A stretch of 21,567 nucleotides of DNA, taken from NCBI GenBank assembly GCA_049965555.1, contig JBMFWF010000011.1, positions 2,085 to 23,651 on the forward strand, read 5' to 3'. Within the stretch, counting starts at the first letter, position 1. Each line of letters opens with the position of its first letter. This DNA comes from Candidatus Parvarchaeum sp. Its GTDB lineage: Archaea; Nanobdellota; Nanobdellia; Parvarchaeales; Parvarchaeaceae. Made by a program: the position numbers and the translations under genes. Below the pieces are notes generated by a model. That model saw only the letters and a program-made list of their open reading frames with translations. It did no database searches and had not been told where the DNA came from. Below are positions 1 through 9,600 of this stretch, piece after piece.

Positions 1-2
1 TT

Positions 3-1838
3 ACTGACATAAAACATCCTTTTGTGCAGGATTTGCCTGAGGATTCCCTACTTTCTAGCGGTCTTTCATCTATTAGAGATGCTCTGCCTAGCATGAAAAT
101 ATTCATACCAACAGTTGTCGCTTCTCTTTCCGTAGCTCTTGTATCAGTTCCTTTAGTAGAAGCTTGGTTTGGTACAACTAGCAGTAACCTTAATACCTTT
201 ATTACTAAAGGGATCTACATAAATGGGCAGCAAGTAGGTAGCTTGACCGGTCCTTCCGTATCTATAAGCCAGCAGATAGCCGCTGCTTACCTAACGCAGG
301 AGCCTATGCCGTTTAAGTATGCTGCTGCAGATTATGTGTTACAGCAGTACTCGCAGTTATTATCCAGTGAACAGACATTAACTTCTTTGCCTTCAGGCAT
401 AGGAAAAGATACTTTAATTCTTTTTGCTTCTAAGCAAGTTGCTGTAAAACAGAATGTTTTATCAGAATTGTCCGCTAATGCAAATACTGCTACTTCCAAT
501 AATCCTTATGGTACACCCATATCAGGGGTATCCGCTCCAGGTACTTTAAGCTCTTCAAATTCTTTGATTGGTTCTGTAGCATTGTCACAAAGCGGAAGCG
601 ATCCCTTGCTTTCAATACCTTTCTTTCTAGCACAGAATGCTTTTCTCGTTTATGCCAGGACTGCTAGCTGTCTAAGCCTGCCAGCACAGCCTTTAAATGT
701 AAACAGCTATAATTCTGTTGGAAAAGGTCTATCCTCAATATCTGCTGAATTAGGTGCAGCCACCACTCTTCTAAACTTATACACAAAAGTAAATAGCGTT
801 CTTCCTTTAGGTACATACTTTATTGGATATGGGGGAGAGGTATACCTTGACGGCCAGTCAAGCGGCAGGCCTACGCAGGTCACTAGCCCTCTAATAACAG
901 ATATGAATGACATGTGTGAGCTGGCAGAGACAGCCTCTGAACCTGGTCAGAATTTAAGGACAGTTATAGAGCCGAGCGGTAACGGCTCTATATCCTTTTC
1001 AATATCGCAGGGGCTTTACAACACTCTTTGTTCACAAAATAATGCTTTATTTCCAAATACCTTACAGACAGAACTTAACAGTCTTTTCAATTCAAAGGGA
1101 AACAGCAAAAATATTACGATTTTGTTGCCCCCTGGAGAATCTCTTGCAATTTCGAATCAGAAAAACGATGTAAACTTATGTATATACAGAATGCTCATTG
1201 ATTCTTTCGGTTCCCCCGTTCTAGATACAAACAATTTCAATAATCCTTCTTTTAATGTCACTGAATATGGTGCGCCAGTATCTTGCGTTAATATCACAAA
1301 TTTGAGCGGTGGAAAAGTAAATATAGACTTAACACAAAATGAACTTTCAGAATTGAAGAATATGGCAAGCAATCCTGACTTTTATATAAATAATGGTTCT
1401 TTATTTGGCTTCTCTGTTCCTGTGAGGGATTTTCCAAATCAGTTAACTGCAACTAATATTTTAGGACAAAACAGCTTCCTAGCCGCTGGTAATTTTATAG
1501 GCGGTGGTAACCCAATATTGAAAAAAGATTTTGGAGTAGACTTCCCAGTTGCTTCTTTAATCGCGTCGCTTATTGGTAAAAAAATACCCAAACTTCAAGT
1601 AGGAATATCCACTTCTTTGGATAATTTTTTGGTTGCTCCAATGATAGCTATATCCGCATATGATACAAATCTTTCATACTATGAAACAGATTATTCAAAT
1701 GTAACATTGGAATTTACAAAAACACAGCAGGGCAGTACGACAGATTATAATATAAATAATGTTTATAATAATTTAGTTTTCGGAGTGTATCCGAACAATC
1801 CAAATTCATTAGGAGGCACTTACTTTTTGGGGAATTAA
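3..1838 (+). CDS. Large hypothetical surface/membrane protein, probably 5'-truncated by the window edge
   Basis: The frame is open from base 3 (act gac ata aaa cat cct ttt gtg...) with no stop before the GTG at 24, so the true start probably lies outside the window. It is S/N/L/G-rich and charge-poor, has several N-x-S/T sequons and five Cys, and contains a hydrophobic stretch IFIPTVVASLSVALVSVPLVEAWFG. It ends 6 nt before the next gene. Confidence 0.8.
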   Translation, partial: TDIKHPFVQDLPEDSLLSSGLSSIRDALPSMKIFIPTVVASLSVALVSVPLVEAWFGTTSSNLNTFITKGIYINGQQVGSLTGPSVSISQQIAAAYLTQEPMPFKYAAADYVLQQYSQLLSSEQTLTSLPSGIGKDTLILFASKQVAVKQNVLSELSANANTATSNNPYGTPISGVSAPGTLSSSNSLIGSVALSQSGSDPLLSIPFFLAQNAFLVYARTASCLSLPAQPLNVNSYNSVGKGLSSISAELGAATTLLNLYTKVNSVLPLGTYFIGYGGEVYLDGQSSGRPTQVTSPLITDMNDMCELAETASEPGQNLRTVIEPSGNGSISFSISQGLYNTLCSQNNALFPNTLQTELNSLFNSKGNSKNITILLPPGESLAISNQKNDVNLCIYRMLIDSFGSPVLDTNNFNNPSFNVTEYGAPVSCVNITNLSGGKVNIDLTQNELSELKNMASNPDFYINNGSLFGFSVPVRDFPNQLTATNILGQNSFLAAGNFIGGGNPILKKDFGVDFPVASLIASLIGKKIPKLQVGISTSLDNFLVAPMIAISAYDTNLSYYETDYSNVTLEFTKTQQGSTTDYNINNVYNNLVFGVYPNNPNSLGGTYFLGN

Positions 1839-1844
1839 ATAAAT

Positions 1845-2651
1845 ATGGCATTAACAGAGATGATGGCTTTCTTGAATGCAGGCATACTGATAGTTGCATT
1901 CGCTCTCTTGTTGGTGGTTTTGTCTTTCAGCGTTTCTCAAATAAATAGCACAAGTGTCTTTGCAAATTCTGAATCAGTTGCAGCTGGGATAGGTACTAGA
2001 TTAATAACTTCCCCAAATTGTTTTGCTTATAAAAACACTGTCTCTTATTATAATTCAAGTCTAGACGCTCCTGGTGGACCATTATATTCCTCTTCATATA
2101 CAGAACCTGGAGTAATAAACATAAATAAATTCATTGAAAATTACTTCCTTTCTTGCATGCAATATATATATTTTGGAGGAGCTACGGACGTACCTGCTTT
2201 ACAGTCTGATTTAGCGGCAGCAACAGGCGTTTCATTAACATTATACGATACGCAGAATCCAAACGAGCTTGGACCAACTGGTTCTTTGTATCTTTCTAAT
2301 TACAATCAATTTAATTTTGGAGAAAGTTTCCAGCAGACAGAAGCTTTAATTCAAAAGTATGCACAGGATTCAGAGTACGCTGCAATGGGCGTAAGTCTTG
2401 GTGCTAGTTTGGCAATCATGATTGCTACGGGCGGGCTTATCCAATTCAACATAATTCTTGCAGTTGGCCAGCATTCTACGACGGAAATTGCTCCACAATA
2501 TGCTTTAGCATCTATTTTTTATGCTGAAAATACCTACACTGAAAGTTTTCCAGTAGAGATACAATTTACCAACGCACAAGGTCAGCCCACTTTCCAAAAT
2601 AGCGGGGTATTAAAGGTTCAGGTTACATATGGAATTCCACCTTACAGTTAG
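1845..2651 (+). CDS. Hypothetical membrane-anchored protein, putative minor pilin-like
   Basis: N-terminal MALTEMMAFLNAGILIVAFALLLVVLSFSV is a long hydrophobic helix with Glu at position 5. It is followed by RLITSPNC...PGVININKF...SC and C-terminal beta-strand-like FPVEIQF...GVLKVQV. There is a second hydrophobic segment at 2379-2468. Confidence 0.75.
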   Translation: MALTEMMAFLNAGILIVAFALLLVVLSFSVSQINSTSVFANSESVAAGIGTRLITSPNCFAYKNTVSYYNSSLDAPGGPLYSSSYTEPGVININKFIENYFLSCMQYIYFGGATDVPALQSDLAAATGVSLTLYDTQNPNELGPTGSLYLSNYNQFNFGESFQQTEALIQKYAQDSEYAAMGVSLGASLAIMIATGGLIQFNIILAVGQHSTTEIAPQYALASIFYAENTYTESFPVEIQFTNAQGQPTFQNSGVLKVQVTYGIPPYS

Positions 2652-3213
2652 ATTTGGTAAGAAAGGCCAGCTTACAATGCTTGATTTAGTGCTAGCACCG
2701 CTGGCAGCCGTAGTATTGGCAGTGTTGGCATCTGCTTTGCTTCACAGCGCTACTGCAAACTTATTAACAGCTGTAAGCCAGCAGCCAGTTTCATTTTCAT
2801 GTAATTTTGCTTTAGATACTATGTATAGTACATATTACGTTCATAATGCATTTACTTTGTCTCAATTAGCATTGTCTAATTCAGGTCAGTATTCTGTTGC
2901 AAGTTCAAATAAAGAGCAATATTTATCGACGAATTGCAGTGGCGCTTGTAATCCTAATTATAATTACATTCAAACATACCTTTACAATTCTTCTTCTCTT
3001 TATAGTGATTTTATCGGCTATTTCTCAGGTTTCTCGCTTAGTAATTTTAAAGTCCTGACAGGACAAGAAACAGCTACATTGAAAGCACTTGGGATGCAGG
3101 TCTTTTTGAATCAGATACCTGCTGGCGTTACCGGAACTTCGGAATGTAGTATGCAGGTTTATAATCCTGCAGATCCTTCAAGACCTTATACTATTTATGG
3201 GGTGATAAGTTAA
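2629..3213 (+). CDS. Archaeal type IV pilin-like protein (class III signal peptide)
   Basis: RFGKKG|QLTMLDLVLAPLAAVVLAVLASALL has basic residues, Gly at -1, Gln at +1, then a ~25-aa hydrophobic helix, which is the PibD/FlaK substrate pattern. It is 194 aa with 4 Cys and overlaps the previous gene by 23 nt. Confidence 0.8.
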   Translation: MEFHLTVRFGKKGQLTMLDLVLAPLAAVVLAVLASALLHSATANLLTAVSQQPVSFSCNFALDTMYSTYYVHNAFTLSQLALSNSGQYSVASSNKEQYLSTNCSGACNPNYNYIQTYLYNSSSLYSDFIGYFSGFSLSNFKVLTGQETATLKALGMQVFLNQIPAGVTGTSECSMQVYNPADPSRPYTIYGVIS

Positions 3214-6200
3214 ATGCTAAATACTAAGGGACAGGCAAACATGATTGTTGTGCTGGGCATGGTTGCAGCAACAATATATATAGTCCTTAACGCTTTCGGT
3301 TACATAGGGAATGTTGGCCTTAGCTCGAAGATAGAGATAACTGCACAAAACAGCATTTATCAAACTTTAGCATTAAAGGACTACCTAATGCAGGAAGCTA
3401 ATTATAATTTTCAGAAAGCTGAACTTCTTGACGGGCTTACACTACAACCTAGCAGCCTTGACTGTGGCTATATAAATACATCCCAGTCCTTACCTTTTGT
3501 TCCGGTTCCAAAGGTTTATTATTGGAGAAATTTGGCAGGTCAAATATGTCTTCCTAACAATAATCTGATAGAATATGGTCTTGAAACGCTTTTAAATAAA
3601 AATTCATTTGCCATAATAAATTCATCAAATATGAATATAAAGTCCAACTTGGTACTTAATTTATCAGAACGCAAAAACACTGTATTTTTTAGCAATTTCT
3701 CTGCCCCTTTTCTAAGCAATAAATATCAATTTCAGTATAACACTTCATCAAATACTTTTTCGGTATGCGAGTGGTCCTCAAGCGGTTGCACTTATATCAG
3801 CAGTAACGTTCCTTTGGGTATTAACTTTAATCTTTCTGGTATGGAATTTACTTCTATGCCTTTGCAGGATGTAGTTTCTGGAGTAATAGACCAGTCCGTT
3901 TCAGTAAGTGCATTTTTTAAGGGGTCAGGCCTTTCTCCTTCAAGCCAATACACCTTAGTTACATTTCCAAATGGGAATGTAGCTATTATTTATACAGATA
4001 CAATATCAGGGGTTACTTCATTTTATCTTACACCTATGCCAAATCAAAATCTATATTCCCTTAGCAGCGTTATATCCTATGATAATGCGAACGGGATACC
4101 GAGTAAAATACAGCTTTTTAATGGTTCAGCAAAGGGATTTTTGTTTGACGGCACAAATTACACTTTTTCGGTGACGTCTGATACTAATGGAATATTCACA
4201 ATAAAACCTGCGAACTATGTTATGTTCGGAATACAACCTAAATTTGTTTATTACAAATACATCATAAATAGCATACAAAATTCAGGCACACAGAATCTTT
4301 TATTCCCTAACAATCAGAATCTTTATGTTTCATATTCCTTGTTTCCTTTATATTCTCCGCAAGTATGTGTAAATTACAATGAGGGTCAATATGATCTGCA
4401 GAACTGTCTTACGCTTTCTAATTCTATAACAGGGAGTAACTACCTAAGTGAATTAATGCAATTAGGTATAGCGTTTGTAAATCAAAGCTTTCCAATAGGA
4501 AATCAGAAAATAGAGGGTTTCGCTCAATATGAAATAGACAATTATATATCAAATGCTATAAATGCTGTAAACCTTAAAACAGTATCTGTAAACGGTAAAC
4601 CGAAGTATGACTGGTATTCTGCATTGATTCTTCAGCTAGGTTCTCCGCAAGGAGCAAGCTACCTCTTAAATAAATTAAATAGGGTAAAAGAGCCTTATTA
4701 CGGCACTTACATCTACAACTGCGAACAAAATGCTTCTGATTTAGCTTATTGTAGGAATTTATTGTCTTCCACACTGTCTCAGGATATTATTTCTTTACTG
4801 CAACAACAGATGCCTCAAGAATTAAGTTTTCTCTCGGGCACTAACTTCAATATAAATGTCTTGAATCTTTCAATAAATGCAAGTGAAATAAGCTCATGCG
4901 TAAATGCTAGTAATTACAGTGTTAAATCGAATTATTCATATTCCGTAAAAAGTTTACCTGTAAATGGGAATTTTTCCGAGGAGGTTCTCGGCATTCCTAT
5001 ATCATTAGATTTCGGTTATCAAAATAATTTAAGTTTAAAACCTACTGAAGCGTGCGGCATACAAAAATCGCCATATAACACAGGTTATCCAGGGTTTTCA
5101 GAGGCACTCATAACAAATAATTTTACTTATATCAACTGTGCACCAGTTATATCTCAGTTATTTTTAAATCATACTTGTATTGCCAGTCTGCAGACTTCAA
5201 ATTCCACTGTGGAAGAATATTTAAATTCTACGAGTTCGGCTCCAAATGGAGAGTACTGTCGTAAACTGTCAAATGGGCAGTATTTCTGTCCCTACTATAA
5301 AGTATCAAGCTTCTCTTACAAGAACTGGATAACAAGCAGCAATACTTGCCCAGATTACTTTGTATTGGATAGCAAAAACTTTACGACCTCACAGAATACC
5401 AATTACAGGCTTGTTTCTGTCTATGGCGGCGGGGCCGATTCAGCAAATTTATCGTTTTATAACAAAACTTTCGCATTATACAATGGATCTTTGAACCTCC
5501 CTATTAATTTCAGTTTCAATGTTGGTTTCAATTCAACAGGGCCTTACGCCGGAATTAGTGCATTCTTCTCCTCTACACCTTATCTTTCTGGCAGCGTTAT
5601 CTCCGCTTCTTTTAATTCTGTACAGAATCCTAATGGAATATACAATTACTCAATAGCAACGGACTCTGCTACTCTGCTTGGAGGGTCAAATAATTATATA
5701 TCTCCTGACACACAAAATGAGCTTAGCTTCAATCGTTACTGCATAGGCAGTAATGGCTGTAATCTTACTACATACCTTAATTCGAATTTTCAGAGCAGCT
5801 TTTATAGTAACTCTTCTGCCCTTGCTTCAAATGTTAATTTGTTAGGGTTAGCTACGAATTCTAAGCCATCCTCTGATTTGATAAGTTACGCCTTTGTGAG
5901 TAATTATCTACCGTTTTACAAACCGGTTGAAAATGAATTAGCGTATGCTCCAGCTTCCGAGCTTAACCCTTCTTTAAATTCTTCTTTTGGTCTTACAACT
6001 GACAATAATACTTATTTCAATGAATTGCTTTTGAATTCCTCTTCTTTTACTAATAGTTTACAGCTTCAAATTAACCTAAACAGCAATTTTAACCTTGCTT
6101 ATTTCATCCCAGGTTATATAAAGATCTTCGGAGTTTACCCAAATAACGTTTTACAGCTATACTGGTGGAATCAAACTGCTTTAGAAAATGGGGGTTTGCT

Positions 6201-6636
6201 GTGGATTAATCTCACGAAAAATGTACCTGATGAACTGTACATAGTTTATGGTCAAGGAGCTCCTTATACAGGAAAGTTCTCTGACAATGGCTCTTCTGTT
6301 TTTCCATTCTTCTATTCAGTAAATACAAAAAGTAATTTATTCACTTTTCTTTATCCGAATAAAGGGCAGCATGACTTCAATGCCTATTATTCAGAAGCAG
6401 GCCTAAATATTTCAAACGCAGAGCCGGTTCCTCCTTATATATATAATGCTACTTTAAGTTCTTATTCTACGGAGTTTGCATGTATAAATGTCAACCCTTT
6501 TAAGTTGACTCTTCTTAATGGAACATATTCCGCTTATCCACCAAACTTTAATATAAATGAACTGTATAATGATTTTAGTACTTTATACCCTGGTTTAACT
6601 ATAACTGGAAAGGAAACTTACACAAATTGGCCGTGA
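3214..6636 (+). CDS. Large (1140 aa) class III signal peptide protein, putative pilus-associated adhesin with C-terminal lectin-like and DUF2341-like regions
   Basis: The N-terminus is MLNTKG|QANMIVVLGMVAATIYIVLNAFGYIG. The protein has many sequons and paired Cys. The C-terminal LYWWNQ...LLWINL...ELYIVYG...DNGSSVFPFFY resembles the DUF2341 pattern. The ATG directly follows the previous TAA. Confidence 0.8.
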   Translation: MLNTKGQANMIVVLGMVAATIYIVLNAFGYIGNVGLSSKIEITAQNSIYQTLALKDYLMQEANYNFQKAELLDGLTLQPSSLDCGYINTSQSLPFVPVPKVYYWRNLAGQICLPNNNLIEYGLETLLNKNSFAIINSSNMNIKSNLVLNLSERKNTVFFSNFSAPFLSNKYQFQYNTSSNTFSVCEWSSSGCTYISSNVPLGINFNLSGMEFTSMPLQDVVSGVIDQSVSVSAFFKGSGLSPSSQYTLVTFPNGNVAIIYTDTISGVTSFYLTPMPNQNLYSLSSVISYDNANGIPSKIQLFNGSAKGFLFDGTNYTFSVTSDTNGIFTIKPANYVMFGIQPKFVYYKYIINSIQNSGTQNLLFPNNQNLYVSYSLFPLYSPQVCVNYNEGQYDLQNCLTLSNSITGSNYLSELMQLGIAFVNQSFPIGNQKIEGFAQYEIDNYISNAINAVNLKTVSVNGKPKYDWYSALILQLGSPQGASYLLNKLNRVKEPYYGTYIYNCEQNASDLAYCRNLLSSTLSQDIISLLQQQMPQELSFLSGTNFNINVLNLSINASEISSCVNASNYSVKSNYSYSVKSLPVNGNFSEEVLGIPISLDFGYQNNLSLKPTEACGIQKSPYNTGYPGFSEALITNNFTYINCAPVISQLFLNHTCIASLQTSNSTVEEYLNSTSSAPNGEYCRKLSNGQYFCPYYKVSSFSYKNWITSSNTCPDYFVLDSKNFTTSQNTNYRLVSVYGGGADSANLSFYNKTFALYNGSLNLPINFSFNVGFNSTGPYAGISAFFSSTPYLSGSVISASFNSVQNPNGIYNYSIATDSATLLGGSNNYISPDTQNELSFNRYCIGSNGCNLTTYLNSNFQSSFYSNSSALASNVNLLGLATNSKPSSDLISYAFVSNYLPFYKPVENELAYAPASELNPSLNSSFGLTTDNNTYFNELLLNSSSFTNSLQLQINLNSNFNLAYFIPGYIKIFGVYPNNVLQLYWWNQTALENGGLLWINLTKNVPDELYIVYGQGAPYTGKFSDNGSSVFPFFYSVNTKSNLFTFLYPNKGQHDFNAYYSEAGLNISNAEPVPPYIYNATLSSYSTEFACINVNPFKLTLLNGTYSAYPPNFNINELYNDFSTLYPGLTITGKETYTNWP

Positions 6637-6639
6637 ATT

Positions 6640-9600
6640 ATGGATAAACTAAAAACACTTGTTGAAGTTTCAATGATATGCTTTATAACCATATTCTCTC
6701 TTTTAATCGCTTACAGAGGAGTAACTATTTTATCAAATAACAATTACCCGGGGGTTAACACTAATTCCAGTTTGCAAGCAATAACTACGACAAGCACTCC
6801 GAATCCATTATTAGATTCTGTGTCCAATTATGGTAATTCTGATCCCTCTAGCTTAATAACAAGTAATGAATATGTGTCTTACTCTTCTTCACCAAACACT
6901 AATTTTTGGTTCAATGAGAAATTCTATCCAGGTAATGTAGTTTCTTCTTCGGGAAGTTATTCATGCACGGCAGTAAATCAGATAATAGCTCCCCATTTGT
7001 GCTGGAGCTTATTCACTTTATTTTCATGCGCTGGCGGTCCTGAGAATTCTACCTTTACTAATTTAGTTGGATACTTGGGTTTTCCACAACAAGATAATAA
7101 CTTTCCAAACAACGGAGGTATAAACTATTCAAATCTTTATTCTGCAACAAGTAATGCTACAGGTAGTTCACAGAATGTTTATCAACTACCGTCTTCTGAA
7201 TTTCCATATCAGAATTTTATAAATTGGAGTGATTCAACAATACACGCGTATTCATCATTTCCCAATTATATATATGCTATAAATAACTCATTTACAGGTT
7301 ATACAAATATAGCTGGCAGTATACCAACGAGTACACTAATAATACCTGCAGTTTCATGTGGCTCTACTTTTATAAACAATTACATTGATTATCCAGGTTT
7401 TGTTGGAACTTTGTATAATATATCGACTTTAAGTGGTTTTACTCCCTCTGTGTTCATAGCTTCTCCAAATGAAAACGGTTATGGTGCAGATTACGCCTTT
7501 GGATATATACTCACTTTGGGTGGAGATCCTTGGGCAGACTCGTTTAATTCGCTTCTAGCGTATCAGATCCAGTCAATAAATCCTGCTTTTAATTATACAA
7601 TGCCCTCAGTAGATTATGCTCAGTTCCCAAATGGAAACAAGGGAGACGAGCAGTATTTGAATGTATCTACCTCTTTTCTAACTCCTTTATTAATGTCATA
7701 TTATGACAGTGGTAATTCGTCACCGGTCGAACTGTACGTTTCAAATAAAGGAGTTTCGTCAATTGTAACAGTTTCATCAAGTTCTCTTGAATGTACGGAA
7801 ATCGGACCACATGGATCCTGTTTGAGATATGGACAGGATTTGTTTACTACTCAGAGTGCAGATACTTTTACATCTCCGGATTTAGAAGGCGCTTATTACC
7901 CTAATTACGGTAATGGTATCTATCTTAAGTTTAGAACCGACGGGATATTCCCTATATGTGCATGGAATTCTAGTATTGATAACACATTAAGTAGCTGCAC
8001 ATTTGAAAATCCTGCAACTATAAATAATATCTCCTATGAAAGGTTGTGGCTATCAAATAACCTGAAAAATAACCAGCTGTTTGATACACCCTTTACTCCT
8101 GGTTATTCCGCTTCTTCTCCTCTGAATAATTTTACATTAACTGCGTTAAATAGCTTTTGCTTTTATGGGGAAAGCTTTAATACTAATAACGGAGTTTACA
8201 CATCCCCAAGCTACACTAGGATAATACCGCCAACTGAATTTGAAAACTACACAGCTGCAATTGGAACATGTAATGCATTTTTCAACAATACAAACTGCTT
8301 TAGTAAAACTGCAAGTCAGTATTTAAATTTCGAAGATGGGATATTTGCGAATAATATAAAATGCACTCCTACTGGAATACATGCACAAAATGTTACAGAT
8401 GCATGGATTAATTCAATATACGTAGCAAACGATGCTGGAGATTACTGCGGTCTTTTCAAAGGACAGAAAAATCCATCTAATCCTGAGGCTAATTCAACAA
8501 TTTTCCTTCAAAATATAAGTACTAATTGTCCAGAATTTAATGCAAAGTCTTCTTCAGTTAATTTAGTCATAACTGTCAAAAATGTTGGAAACACAAAAAT
8601 TACAGATCCATACCTTGTTGCCTTATACGGAAACAATAATATAAGCAATATATTTTATAATTCCCAAAACAGCCAAAGTATAAATTACCAGCTATACCAA
8701 GGTTTTCTTTCTTCTATGGCAGCCACAACAGGGGTCATACAAGTAGATTATAATAATAATTTTGATACAAATATGTATGTATTTGACCAGGGTCATCCTT
8801 TGAATCCAATACCAATAGAAACCCTTTTCTCATCAGTTAACAGCTATGAAAATGGTCCTTTCAATAATTCTCTGTTAGGTATGTGGATCTATGATCAGGG
8901 GTCTGGTGTACCGAACAATGTTATAAGAACAGCTAATACCTTCCTAGTACATTCTGATTCTGATAGTTCTAATGTTCCAGTTATTCAGCCAAACGGCACA
9001 GCAACCTTTACTTTACAAGTTCCAATGTCTCTTTTCAATGCCTTGTTATCTGGAAAATATAATTTAAGTGTTTTCTTTGGGAACACCTTTAATGTTACCT
9101 GGGATGGCTCAAACTCTCCTAGCAGTTCATTAGCAAGTGGAATACCAGTTCAGGTAAATCCCTTGGTTCCATCTTCTACTGAGAATGTTTCTATGATTCA
9201 TAATAATGAGATAATAACTAATAATGGAGGAGTAGTATCTCCTATATGGCAGTATATAGTTAGCTATAATTTTAATTTTACCAATTCTCCAATACGTGGA
9301 GTTGGAATATATACTGATAACTTAGCGATCAATTTAAGTTCTGTTAATTCTACCTCAAATGCATTAAATGTAACAGTAAACCCTTCCATTTTTGTTGTAA
9401 ATGGCAGTGGTGATTACAAATTAGGCCTTAGTCAGCTTAAAGGCTCTTCAATATCATGTTTTGCTTCGCCCGATAATGTACAGGACTTTGGGGTTTTCTG
9501 GTCTAAACAGATAGTTTCTCCTTCAAATTTAGAGTATGCCTTATCCAATAGTTTGTACAATGAAAATGCAAAGCAAGCAAGCAATGTATTGATAACCCGC

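Noticed and set aside
8446-8463. CGLFKG resembling the flavivirus fusion loop CGLFGKG, suggesting a fusexin
   Set aside because: Only a 4-6 residue match in 3008 aa, the preceding DRGWGNG-like residues are absent, and I cannot see a class II fusogen Cys pattern. It is likely chance unless structure prediction shows otherwise.
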